Shown here piece after piece: positions 25,336 to 37,319 of a DNA stretch of 64,000 nucleotides. A program made the position numbers and the translations under genes. Source of the DNA: Mobula hypostoma (taxonomy: Eukaryota); assembly GCF_963921235.1 (NCBI RefSeq), contig NC_086097.1, positions 104,658,001 through 104,722,000 on the forward strand, written 5' to 3'. Below the pieces are notes generated by a model that was given only the letters and a program-made list of their open reading frames with translations, searched no databases and had not been told where the DNA came from. The stretch's first letter is position 1. Each line of letters starts with the position of its first letter.

Positions 25336-28300
25336 AGCTATGATGTTGTGGCCATTATGAAGACTTGGATGGCTCAGGGGCAGCAACAGTTACTTCGAGT
25401 GACAGGCTTCAGATGTTTCAGAAACGACAGGGAGGGAGGAAAAAGAGGTCGGGGTGTGGCACTGTTGATCAGAGAAAAGTGTCATAGCTGCAGAAAAGGA
25501 GGAAACATGGAGGAATTGTCTGCGGAGTCTCTGGGTGGAAGGTAAGAACAGGAAGGGGTCAATAACTCTATTGGGTACTTTTTATAGACTACCCAATAGT
25601 AACAGGGACATCGAGGAATAGATAGGGAGACAGATTCTGGAAAGGTGTAATAATAACAGGGTTATCGTGGTGGGAGATTTTAATTTCCCAAATATCGATT
25701 GGCATGTCCTTTGAGCGAGTGGCTTAGACGGGGTGGAGTTTGTTACGTGTGTTCAAGGTTTCTTGACACAATATGCAGATAAGCCTACAAAAGGAGAGGC
25801 TGTACTTGATCTGGTATTGGGAAATGAATCTGGTCAGGTGTCAGATCTCTCAGTGGGAAAGCACTTTGGAGATAGTGATCACAATTTTATCTCCTTTACC
25901 ATAGCATTGGAGAGGGATAGGAACAAACAAGTTAGGAAAGTGTTTAATTGGAGTAAGGAGAAATATGAGGCTACCAGACAGGAACTTGGAAGCATAAATT
26001 GGGAACAGATGTTCTCAGGGAAATATACGGAAGAAATGGGGCAAATGTTCAGGGGATATTTGTGTGGAGTTCTGCATAGGTACATTCCAATGAGACAGGG
26101 AAAGGATGGTAGGGTACAGGAACTATGGTGTATAAAGGCTGTTGTGAATCCAGTCAAGAAGAAGAGTTTACAAAAGGTTCAAAAAATTAGGTAATGATAG
26201 AGACCTTGAAGATTATAAGGTTAGCAGGAAGGAGCGTAAGAAAGAAATTAGAAGAGCCAGAAAGGGCCATAAAAAGGCCTTGGCGGACAGGATTAAGGAA
26301 AACCCTAAGGCATTCTACAAGTATGCTAAGAGCAATAGGGTTGAGACGTGAGAGAACAGAATCAATCAAGTGTGACAGTGGAAGAGTATGTATGGAACCA
26401 GAGGAGACAGCAGAATACTTTGCTTCAGTATTCACTACGGAAAAGGATCTTGGCGATTGTAGGGATGACTTACAGCGGACTGAAAAGCCTGAGCATGTAG
26501 ATATTAAGAAAGAGGATGTGCTGAGCTTTTGGAAAGCATCAAGTTGGATAAGTCACCAGGACCGGATGAGATGTACACCAGGCTACTTTGGGAGGCGAGG
26601 GAGATTGCTGAGCCTCTGACGATGATCTTTACATCATCAATGAGGACAGGAAAGGTTCCGGAGGATTGAAGGTTTGCGGATGTTGTGCCATTACTCGAGA
26701 ATGGGAATAGAGATAGCCCAGGAAATTATAGACCAGTGAATCTTACCTCACTGGTTGGTAAGTTGATGGAGAAGATCCTGAGAGGCAGGATTTATGAACA
26801 TTTGGAGAGGCATAATATGACTAGGAATAGTCAGAATGGCTTTGTCAAAGGCAGGTCGTGCCTTACGAGCCTGATTGAATTTTTTTGAGGATGTGACTGA
26901 ACACATTGATGAAGGTACAGCAGTATATGTAGTGTATATGGATTTTAGCAAGGCATTTGATAAGGTACCCCAATCAAGGCTTATTGAGAAAGTAAGGAGG
27001 CATGGGATCCAAGATAACATTGCTTTGTGGATCCAGAACTGGCTTGCCCACAGGAGGCAAAGAGTGGTTGTACACGGGTCATATTCTGCACGGAGGTCAG
27101 TGACCAATGGTGTGCCTCAGGGATTTGTTCTGGGACCCCTACTCTTCCTGATTTTTATAAATGACCTGGATGAGGAAGTGGAGGGATGGGTTAGTAAATT
27201 TGCTGATGACACAAAAGTTGGGGGTGTTGGGGGTGTTGTGGATAGTGTGGAGGGCTTGCAGAGGTTACAGCAGGACATTGATAAGATGCAAAACTGGGCT
27301 GAGAAGTGGCAGATGGAGTTTAACCCAAATAAGTGTGAGGTGGTTCATTTTGGTAGGTCAAATACGACGGCAGAATATGGTATTAATGGTAAGACTCTTG
27401 GCAGTGTGGATATTCAGAGGGATCTTGGGGTCCGAGTCCATAGCACACTCAAAGCTGCTGTGCAGATTGGCTCTGTGGTTAAGAAAGCATACGGTGCATT
27501 GGCCTTCAACAATCCTGGGATTGAGTTTAGAAGCCGAGAGGTAATGTTGCAGCTATATAGGACCTGGTCAGACCCCACTTGAAGTACTGTGCTCAATTCT
27601 GGTCACCTTACTACAGGAAGGATGTGGAAACCATAGAAAGGGTGCAGAGGAAATTTACAAGGATGTTGCCTGGATTGGGGAGCATGCCTTATGAGAATAG
27701 GTTGAGTGAACTTGGCCTTTTTCCCTTGGAGCGGTGGAGGATGAGAGGTGACCTGATAGATGTGTATAAGATGATGAGAGACATTGATCGTGTAGATAGA
27801 AACATAGAAAAACATACAGCACAATACAGGCCCTTCAGCCCACAAAGCTGTGCCGAACATTAGAACTAAACATTAAACCTTAGAACTACCTAGGCTTTAC
27901 CCATAGCCCTCTATTTTTCCAAGCTCCATGTAGCCATCCAGGAGTATTTTAAAAGACCCTATCATTTCTGCCTCCACTGCCACCGCTGACAGCCCATTCC
28001 ACGCACTCACCACTCTCTGTGTAAAAATACTTACCCCTGACATCTCCTCTGTACCTACTTCCAAGCACCTTAGAACTATGCCCTCTCATGCCAGCCATCT
28101 CTGCCCTGGGGAAAAGCCTCTGACTATCCACATGATTAACACCTCTCATTATCTTGTACACCTCTATCAAGTCACCTCTCACCTTTCGTCGCTCCAAGGA
28201 GAAAAGGCCAAGTTCACTCAACCTATTCTCATAAGGCATGCTTCCCAATCCAGGCAACATCCTTCTAAATCTCCTCTCTGTTTCTATGGTTTCCACGTCC

Positions 28301-28770
28301 TTCCTGTAGTGAGGTGACCAGAATTGAGCACAGTACTCCAAGTGGGGTCTGACCAGGGACCTATATAGCTGCAACATTACCTCTCGGCTCTTAAACTCAA
28401 TCCCACGATTGATGAAAGCCAATGCACCGTATGCCTTCTTAACCACAGAGTCAACCTGCATAGCAGCTTTGAGTGTCCTTTGATAGTCAAAGGCTTTTTC
28501 CCAGGGCTGAAATGGCTAGCACGAGAGGGTAAGTACAGAGGAGGCGTCAGGGGTAAGTTTTTTACGCAGAGTGTGGTGAATGTGTGGAATGGGCTGCCGG
28601 CGATGGTGGTGGAGGCGGATACGATAGGGTCTTTTAAGAGACTCCTGGACAGGTACATGGAGCTCAGAAAAATCAAGGGCTATGGGTAATTTCTAAGGCA
28701 AGAACATGTTGGGCACAGTTTTGTGGGCTGAAGGGCCTGTATTGTGCTGTAGGTTTTCTATGTTTCTACG
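25330..28770 (+). mobile_element. CR1 LINE (EN-RT, degraded) nested in the host CR1
   Basis: WSYDVVAI, VGDFNFPNIDW, YRPVNLTS, YMDFSKAFDKVP, KFADDTK; tail ttttctatgtttctac. Confidence 0.88.
27800..28481 (-). mobile_element. CR1 3' fragment inserted antisense into a closely related CR1
   Basis: QVDSVVKKAYG...[13 protein letters not shown]; tail aaacatagaaa; gatag duplicated at 27795-27799 and 28482-28486. Confidence 0.85.
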
Positions 28771-29142
28771 TATTCCCTGAAGTTCAGGAGAATGAACAGA
28801 TTAGATATGGCGAAGTTATTTTCCATGGTAGGGGAGTCTAGGACAAGATGGCACAACTTCAGGATTGAAGGATGTCCATTTGGAACAGAGATGCGGAGAA
28901 ATTGCTTTAGTCAGAGAATGGTAGATATGTGGAATTTGTCGCCACAAGCGGCCATGGAGGCCAAGTCATTTGCCTTTAAGGCAGAGGTAGAGGTTCTTGA
29001 TTAGCCAGAGCATCAACGGGTTTGGGGAGAAGGCAGGGGAGTGGGGATGACTGGAAGAATTGGATCAGCCAATGATTGAATGGCAGAGCAGACTCGATGG
29101 GCCAAATGGCCTACTTCTGCTCCTATACCATATCATCTTATG
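28771..29142 (+). mobile_element. Host CR1 piece 3 (3' end)
   Basis: YSLKFRRM..AKLFSMVGESRTR..RRNCFSQR; 3' UTR and tcttatg tail. Confidence 0.82.
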
Positions 29143-30435
29143 GTTCCTCGTAGGATAACGCTTTCATTCCTGGAATCATCCTTGTGAACCTCCTCTGGAC
29201 CCTCTTCAATGCCAGCACATCTTTTCTAAGATTAGAGGCCCAAAACTGTTCACAATACTCAAGGTGAGGCCTTACCAGTGCCTTAAAAAGCTTCAGCATC
29301 ACATCTTTGCTCTTGTATTCTATACCTCTGGAAATGAATGCTAACATGGCATAAAAAGAAGTGGTCCCAATACCGACCCCTGTGGAACACCACCAGTCAC
29401 TGGCAGCCAACCAAAAAAGGATCCTTTAATTCCCACTTGTTGCCTCCTACCAATCAGCCAATGCTCTAACCATGTTAGTAACTTCCCTGTAATACCATGG
29501 GCTCTTAACTTGGTAAGCAGCCTTATGTGTGGCACCTTGTCAAAGGCCTTCTGGAAGTCCAAATATACAACATCCACTGGCATCTCCTTTATCTATCCTA
29601 CTTGTAAATCCTCAAAGAACTCCAACAGGTTCGTCAGGAAGGATTTTCTCTGAAGGGAATCATGCTGACTTTGTACTATTTTGTCCTGTGTCACCAAGTA
29701 CTCCATCACCTCATCCTTAACAATTCACTCCAGCCACTGACGTCAGGCTAAGTGGTCTATAATTTCCTTTCTGCTGCCTTTCTCCTTTCTTAGAGCGGAG
29801 GGATGTTTGCAATTTTCCAGTTCTCTGGTACCATGCCAGAGTCAAATGATTTTTGAAAGATCATTTTTTTTTATTTTATTTTTATTTGGATAAGGAGTTC
29901 ACAATTATCATGTACTTTTTTCACACATATAACCTATTCCATTTTTTTATATGTATAAAACTACAATTATTTATACATTCTTAAGTACACATTGAGATGA
30001 TATAAAAGCAAAATAAACATTTAAATAGATAATTATGTACTGTGGTAAATCTAACCTATTAGGCTAAGTAATGAAATTAGTTGTTAAGAAAAATGGTAAT
30101 AATAGTTTCCATACAACCCTTCTGGACCATTTCCACTGGTCCAAAATGTTGCATACAAGCCTATATACCAACCATTGTAGGTGTTTATATCCCAATTTGT
30201 TCGTGCTTGTTCCTGCCCGCAGACATAATTATCCAATCCCTATGTACGAAAGATCATTTCTAATGCCACCACAACCTCTAACGGTACCTCCTTCAGAACC
30301 CTAGGGTGCAGTTCTTCTGGCCAAAATGATTTACGTACACTTAGGTCTTTCAGCTTTTTGAGCACCTTCTCTCTTGCAACAGTAACTGCATCCACTTCTC
30401 TTCCTTACACACTGCAACATCAGGCATACTGCTAG
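29143..30435 (-). mobile_element. Outermost CR1, 5' portion (continuation of 1268-1697)
   Basis: [48 protein letters not shown] core deleted at about 29350. Confidence 0.85.
29867..30247 (-). mobile_element. 381-bp polyadenylated retro-insertion (L1-type 3' UTR fragment or retrocopy) with 12-bp TSD
   Basis: Perfect gaaagatcattt at 29855-29866 and 30248-30259; minus strand ends aaataaaaataaaataaaaaaaaa. Confidence 0.85.
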
Positions 30436-30600
30436 TCATTAAGCTCTACAATGAGTCAATTAAGCTCTACCCTTGGCCATTAAGCTCTGCAATGAGTTAA
30501 CCTATAGTCGAGACAGTGATGACTCCTCCTGTTGGACTGACTATGGTAACATTTTTTTTCTTCTGTGACACTGTAATTTACTTTGGACTGCATAAAGTAT
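30436..30600 (+). mobile_element. Probable Rex1/Babar-type LINE 3' end, locally duplicated
   Basis: attaagctct(a/g)c repeated three times, matching an AI(K/R)LYNES-type C-terminus; family assignment from memory only. Confidence 0.4.
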
Positions 30601-31429
30601 CTATCAATATATCTATCTACAAAAAGCACATGATTTTACACAGCAGAACCTGCAGAGTTTATGATTATTCTATCCACTACCCCCAACCCCCCACGTGATT
30701 GACGGTGGTGAACTCATTGATGGCAATAGCAATGAATATGAGGGGAAGGGCAGTCGTGTTTCTCGTTGGAGAGTGGCACTTTTATGTTGTGAAAGCTACA
30801 GGTCACTCCTTTTCCACGGACAAATGTGTTTGATATCATTATGTACCAGAGAGAATGGTACAAAGTATGCTTTCATGGGTAGGTAGATCCAGAACAAGAG
30901 GAGGTAGAACAAAAGTGATTTTCTCAAGTACTAAAGCTGAGGGAAGGATTTTGTTATTTTTCATTATTATCATTGACTGGATGGTAGACTCTTCATCTAA
31001 GATTAACGGAGGACTATATTCTTGTACTGACTTCCTAAATATGGGATTTAGCAAGCTGGAGGTGAGCAATGTCAGTCTGATCCAATGATTCCACCCGAGT
31101 ACTCAACCACATCCTGCCAATTACCAGATAATGACCCCATGTCATCCTGTCTACCCAGAATCTCCCTTGAATGAGAAATGTGTCTAATGGCCATGAGCCC
31201 AGAGATGCGTGTACATCAGATATATAGTGGCAGCTCCTTTGTTGAGCAGTAGAATGCTCCCCAAGGCGCGGGTATGGATTGTGGGGCTGAGATAGAGGTA
31301 GTTGACCAGGGAAGTCCTGGTGATGCGTGACCACTACGTGTCTGGAGCTTACAGTCATTGTCCCACAGTCATGGCGTGGATGCCATTGGTGGTGAAATAC
31401 CTGAACAGATGCCTGTTCCTGCCTTCTGC

Positions 31430-32423
31430 CATTTCTCCACCATCAACGCTGTCGTCAACTGCATCTCTTCCATTTTGCGCATGTCTGCTCTCACCTCATC
31501 CTTCCGGCACCCCCGCCCAGGGAGAGGGTTCCTTTTGTCCTCACCTACCACCCCATCTGCCTCCGTGCCTAGCACATAATTCTCTGTGACTTCTGCCTCC
31601 TCCAGTGGGAGTAACTTTCATGCCCCACCCCCCTTTCTGCTTTCCACAGGGATCACTCCCTACACGACTCACAACTCCCTTGACCTTTCATCCCTCCCTG
31701 GCAGTTGTCCTTGCAAGTGGACCAAGTGCTACACCTGCCCCTTCACCTCCTCTCTCACTACCATTCTGGACCTCAAACAGTCCTTCCAGGTGAGGCAACA
31801 GTTCAACTGTGCGTCTGCTGGGGACATCTACTGTATCCAGTGCTCCTGCCGTAGCCTCCTGTATATCGGAGAGACCCAGTGTAGATCGGGGAAACACTTC
31901 ACCAAGCACCTATGCTACACCTGCTAGAAAAAGTTGGAACTTCCAGTGGTCACCCATTTTAATTCCACTTTCTATTCCCATTCGGATGTCAGGCCATGGG
32001 CTACTCTGCTGTCGCAATGAGGCCATGCTCAAGATGGAGGAGCAACACCTTATATTCTGCCTGGGTAGCTCCCAACCTGATGGCATGAATATCCATTCCC
32101 TTGTCCCTCTATCACCTTAGTTCCTTAACCGACCATTGTCTCCCTCTAGTGTTACACCCCCTTTTATTTCTTCCATAGCCTTCTACCCTCTCCTATCAGA
32201 TTTCCCCTTTCTTCAGCCGTATCTTTTCCACCAACCAACTTCCCAGCTCTTTAATTCACCTTCCCTCTCCCAGTTTCACCCATCAGTGTGGTTCTTCCTC
32301 CCCTCTCTCCACTTTCTTACTCTGACTCCTCATCTTTATCTCCAGTTCTGATGAAGGGTCTCGGACTGAATCGTTGACTGTTCCATAGATGCTGCCTGAC
32401 CGGCTGAGTTCCTCCAACATTTG
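31430..32423 (+). mobile_element. Penelope-like element 3' fragment (GIY-YIG), degraded
   Basis: VPFVLTYHP, CPCKWTKCYTC, DIYCIQCSCRSLLYIGETQ, EEQHLIF.LGS.QPDGMNI; pLTR end ctgatgaagggtctcg...gatgctgcctgacc. Confidence 0.85.
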
Positions 32424-32975
32424 GCGCTACCGCCATTCCTGCAGAGCCTATCGGCTACTAAGCGCGTGCGCGAGAATCGGAGGGAAAAAATATGTGACAT
32501 ACGTATTTGATATTGAGGTCATGGGTCACGACCACTGGATCTGAATTTAGAAATGACGCCAACTCTTTCCCTCATTAGCAGAAAGCTCCGCGGGGCCCGG
32601 GTACAGATCTTGGGGCTGACAGAGGGGGAAAGGACTGTTCGGGCTCACAGTAATTATCCCTCAGTGGCGGTTCGGAAGCCCCTCCCGTTCCTACCTGCTG
32701 CCGATTCTCCAAGAGCTTTTGTCCACTGATCGCATGCGCGAGAACGAAGTGGGGGGGGAGGGGGCAGGAATGACATGCGCTTCAGTCAGGAACTGGCTGT
32801 GCTACATACGCATGCGCGAGAACGATGGGGGGAGGGGGCAGGGATGATATGCGCATCAATCGGGAACCGGCTGTGATACGTACGCATGCGCGAGAACGCG
32901 AGAGGCAGGAATGGACATGTGCATCAGTCGGAAACTGGCTGTGATACGTACGCATGCGTATTTGGTTGCGTGGTC
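32424..32975 (-). promoter_or_regulatory. CpG-rich promoter-like island with tandem NRF1-type motifs; probable ZNF promoter and exon 1
   Basis: cgcatgcg at 32731, 32809, 32883 and 32951 in 68-78-bp tandem units with G-boxes; minus-strand donor CAG|GTAGGA at 32695/32694; clearly higher CpG density than the flanks. Confidence 0.65.
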
Positions 32976-33594
32976 AGAGGGTTTTACGTCGGGTGTGTTG
33001 AGCTACAGCTCTTGAGAGACCGTGTTAGGGAACTGGAGATACAGCTCGATGACCTTCGCCTGGTCAGGGAGAGCGAGGAGGTGATAGAAAGGACTTATAG
33101 GCAGGTGGTCATACCGGGACCACGGGAGACAGTCAAGTGGGCCACAGTCAGGAGAGGGAAGACGAAGAGTCAGGTACGAGAGTACCCCTTGACAATAAGT
33201 ACTCCTGTTTGAGTACTGTTGGGGGGGGGGAACAGCCTACCTGGGGGAAGTGACAGTGGCCGTGCCTCTGGCACATAGTCTGGCCCTGTGGCTCAGAAGG
33301 GTAGGGAAAGGAAAAGGAAGGCAGTAGTGATAGGGTCTCTATAGTTAGGGGGTCAGACAGGCGATTCTGTGGACGCAGGAACGAAACTCGGATGGTAGTT
33401 TGCCTCCCAGGTGTCAGGGTCCAGGATGTTTCAGATCGCCTCCAAGATATCCTGCAGTGGGAGGGAGAACATACAGAGTTCATGGTACATATAGGTACCA
33501 ATGACATAGGTAGGAAAAGGGAGTACTAGAGGGAACACACATCAAAGTTGCTGGTGAACGCAGCCGGCCAGGCAGCATCTCTAGGAAGAGGTAC

Positions 33595-33630
33595 AGTCGA
33601 CGTTTCAGGCTGAGACCCTTCGGCAGGACT
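33595..33630 (-). ncRNA. Minimal type-I hammerhead ribozyme-like motif in Penelope pLTR (one core substitution)
   Basis: agtc-CTGCCGA-agggtctcagcct-GAAAC-GTC-gact: helix I agtc/gact, helix II, GAAA and a GUC cleavage triplet. CUGANGA reads CUGCCGA. Confidence 0.6.
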
Positions 33631-33914
33631 AACTGAAGGAAGAGCTAGTAAGAGATTTGAGAGGGGGTGGGGGAGATCCAAAATGATAGGAGAAGACAGG
33701 AGGGGGAGGGATGGAGCCAAGAGCTGGACAGGTGATTGGCAGAAGGGATATGAGAGGATCATGGGACAGGAGGCCCAGAGAGAAGGAAAAGGGGGAGGGA
33801 GGGAAAACCCCAGAGGATAGGCAAGGAGTCAGAGGGGCAGAGGGAGAAAAATGAGAGAGAGAGAAAGAATGTGTGTATATAAATAACGGATGGGGTACGA
33901 GGGGGGGTGGGGCA

Positions 33915-34241
33915 TTAGCGGAAGTTAGAGAAGTCAATGTTCATGCCATCAGGTTGGAGGCTACCCAGACGGAATATAAGGTGTTGTTCCTCCAACCTGA
34001 GAGCGGCTTCATCTTTACAGTAGAGGAGGCCGTGGATAGACATATCAGAATGGGAATGGGATGTGGAATTAAAATGTGTGGCCACTGGGAGATCCTGCTT
34101 TCTCTGGCGGACAGAGCGTAGGTGTTCAGCAAAACGATCTCCCAGTCTGCGTTGGGTCTCGCCAATATATAGAAGGCCACATCGGGAGCACCGGACGCAA
34201 TATATCACCCCAGCCGACTCACAGGTGAAGTGTCGCCTCAC
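33915..34241 (-). CDS. Penelope GIY-YIG endonuclease C-terminus (open frame)
   Basis: GVIYCVRCSRCGLLYIGETQRRLGDRFAEH...VATHFN..H...EEQHLIFRLGSLQPDGMN. Confidence 0.8.
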   Translation of the reverse strand: MRRHFTCESAGVIYCVRCSRCGLLYIGETQRRLGDRFAEHLRSVRQRKQDLPVATHFNSTSHSHSDMSIHGLLYCKDEAALRLEEQHLIFRLGSLQPDGMNIDFSNFR

Positions 34242-37200
34242 CTGGAAGGACTGTCTGGGGCCCTGAATGGTGGTAAGGGAGGAAGTGTAAGGGCATGTGT
34301 AGCACTTGTTCCGCTTACAAGGATAAGTGCCAGGAGGGAGATCAGTGGGGAAGGATGGGGACGAATGGACAAGGGAGTCGCGTAGGGAGCAATCCCTGCG
34401 GAAAGCAGAGAGGGGGGAGGGAAAGATGTGCTTAGTGGTGGGATCCCGTTGGAGGTGGCGGAAGTTACGGAGAATTATACTACGGAGTACTAGAGGGAGT
34501 TAGGACGGAAGTTGAGAAGCAGGACTGCTAAGGTAGTAATCTCGGGATTACTGCCTGTGCGACACAACGGTGAGATAGGAATAGAATGAGGTGGAGGATA
34601 AATGCATGGCTGAGGGATTGCAGCAGGGGGCAGGGATTCAGATTTCTGGATCATTGGGGGGCAGATGTAACCTGCACAAAAAGGACGGGTTGTATTTGAA
34701 TCCCAACGGGACCAATACCTTGGCGGGGAGGTTTGCTAAGGTTACTGGAGAGAGTTTAAAACTAGAATTGCTGGGGGTGTGGAAACAGAACTAAAGTGAC
34801 TGGGGAAGAAGAGGTTAGCTCACAAATAGAGCAAGCTTGCAGACAGTGCAAGGGGGAGGATAGGCCGGTGATAGAGAAGGGACGCGCTCAGAGCAAAGGT
34901 TTGAGATGTGTCTATTTTAACGCAAGGAGTGTTGTGAACAAAGTGGATGAGCTTAGAGCGTAGATCAGTACTTGGAGATATGTCGGCCATTACAGAGACT
35001 TGGATGGCTCAGGGACAGGAATAGTTACTTCAAGTGCTAGGTTTTAGATGTTTCAGAAAGGACGGAGGGAGGCAAAAGAGGTGGGGGCATGGCACTGTTG
35101 ATCAGAGATAGTGTCACGACTGCAGAAAAGGTGGACGCCATGGAGGAATTGTCTACGGACTCTCTGTGAGTGGAGGTTAGGAACAGGAAGGGGTCAATAA
35201 CTTTACTAGGTGTTTTTTATAGGCCACCCAACGGTAACAGGGATATTGAGGAGCAGATAGGGAAACAGATCCTGGAAAGATGTAATAATAACAGAGTTGT
35301 CGTGATGGAAGATTTTAATTTCCTAAACATTGATTGGCATCTCCCTAGAGCAAAGGGTTTAGATGGGGTGGAGTTTGTTAGTTGTGTTCAGGAAGGTTTC
35401 TTGACACAACATGTAGATAAGCCTACAAGAGGAGAGGCTGTACTTGATTTGTATTGGGAAATGAACCTGGTCGGGTGTCAGATCTCTCAATGGGAGAGCA
35501 GTTTGGAGGTAGTGATCATAATTCTATCTCCTTTACAATAGCATTGGAGAGAGATAGGAACAGGCAAGTTAGAAAAGCATTTAATTGGATTAAGGGGAAT
35601 TATGAGGCTATCAGGCAGGAAATTGGAGGCTTAAATTGGAAACAGATGTTCTCAGGGAAAAGTATGGAAGAGATGTGGTAAATATTCAGGGGATATTTGT
35701 GTAGAGCTCTGTATAGGTACATTCCAATTCGACAGGAAAGTTATGGTAGGGTACAGGAACCGTGGTGTACAAAGGCTGTAATAAATCTAGTCAAGAAAAG
35801 AAAAGCTTATGAAAGGTTCAGAGAGCTAGGTAATGTTGGAGAACTGGAAGATTATAAGGCAAATAGGAAAGGGCTTAAGAAGGAAATTAGGAGAGCCAGA
35901 AGGGGCCATGAGAAGGCCTTGGCGGGCAGGATAAAAGACATTCTGGGCACTCTGCAAGTATGTGAAGAGCAAAAGGATAAGACGTGAAAGAATAGGACTT
36001 ATCAAGTGTGACAGTGGAAAAGAGTGTATGGAGCTGGAGGAAATAGCAGAGGTACTTAATGAATACTTTACTTCAGTATTCACTATGGAAAAGAATCTTG
36101 GTGATTGTAGTGATGACTTGCAGCAGACTGAAAAGCTTGAGCATGTGGATATTAAGAAAGAGGATGTGCTGGAGGTTTTGGAAAGCATCAAGTTGGATAA
36201 GTCACCGGGACCAGATGAGATGTACCCCAGGCTACTGTGGGAGGCAAGGGAGGAGATTGCTGAGCTTCTGACAATGATCTTTGCATCATCAATGGGGACT
36301 GGAGAGGTTCTGGAGGATTAGGGGTTTGCGGATGTTGTTCCTTTATTCAATAAAAGGAGTAGAGATAGCCCAGGAAATTATAGACCAGTGAGTCTTACCT
36401 CAGTGGTTGGTAAGTTGATGGAGAAGATCTTGAGAGGCAGGATTTATGATCATTTGGAGAGGTATAATATGATTAGGAGGAGTCAGCATGGCTTTGTCAA
36501 GGGCAGGTGGTGCCTTACAAGTCTGATTGAATTTTTTGAGGATGTGACTAAACACATTGATGAGTACTAATGGTAAGACTCTTGGCAGTGTGGAGGATCA
36601 GAGGAATCTTGGGGTCCGAGTCCATAGGGCGCTCAAAGCAGCTGCGCAGGTTAAGAAGGCGTACGGTGTATTGGCCTTCATCGATCATGGAATTGAATTT
36701 AGGAGCCAAGAGGTAATGTTGCAGCTATATAGGACCCTGGTCAGACCACTCTTGGAGTACTGTGCTCAGTTCTGGTCACCTCACCACAGGAAGGCTGTGG
36801 AAGCCATAGAAAGAGTGCAAATGAGATTTACAAGGATGTTGCCTGGATTGGGGAGCATGCCTTATGAGAATAGGTTGAGTGAATTCGACCTTTTCTCCTT
36901 GGAGCGATGGAGGATGAGAGGTGACCTGACAGAGGTCTATAAGATGATGAGAGGCATTGATCGTGTGGATAGTCAGAAGCTTTTTCCCAGGGCTGAAACG
37001 GTTCCACAGGAGGACACAGGTTTAAGGTACTGGGGAGTAGGTACAGAGGAGATGTCAGGGGTAAGTTTTTTAACTCAGAGAGTGGTGAGTGCGTGGATTG
37101 GGCTGCCGGCAACGGTGGTGGAGGCAGATACCATAGGGTCTTTTTAAGAGACTTTTAGGTAGGTACATGGAGCTTAGTAAAATGGAGGGTTATAGGTAAG

Positions 37201-37319
37201 CCTAGTAATTTCTAAGGTAGGGACATGTTTGGTACAACTCTGTGGGCCAAAGGGCCTATATTGTGCTGTTGGTTTTCTATGTTCCTATGTCTCATTTACC
37301 GAATTCTGAAGCGCCAGAC

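Larger units (their letters stand above)
33535..34483 (-). mobile_element. Young Penelope-like element fragment with 15-bp TSD
   Basis: ggagtactagaggga at 33520-33534 and 34484-34498; GIY-YIG ORF and pLTR. Confidence 0.9.
32980..37290 (+). mobile_element. CR1 LINE (ORF1 esterase plus ORF2, degraded; part of RT deleted at about 36565)
   Basis: CVELQLLRDRVRELEIQLDDL, HIGTNDIG, DGLYLN, CVYFNARS, FYRPPN, LVRPLLEYC; tail ttttctatgttcctatgt. Confidence 0.88.

Noticed and set aside
32731..32960. CRISPR-like repeat-spacer array (also considered for 48400-49340 and 52146-54642)
   Set aside because: The intervening sequences are homologous to each other rather than unique spacers, there are no cas genes, and the context is vertebrate.
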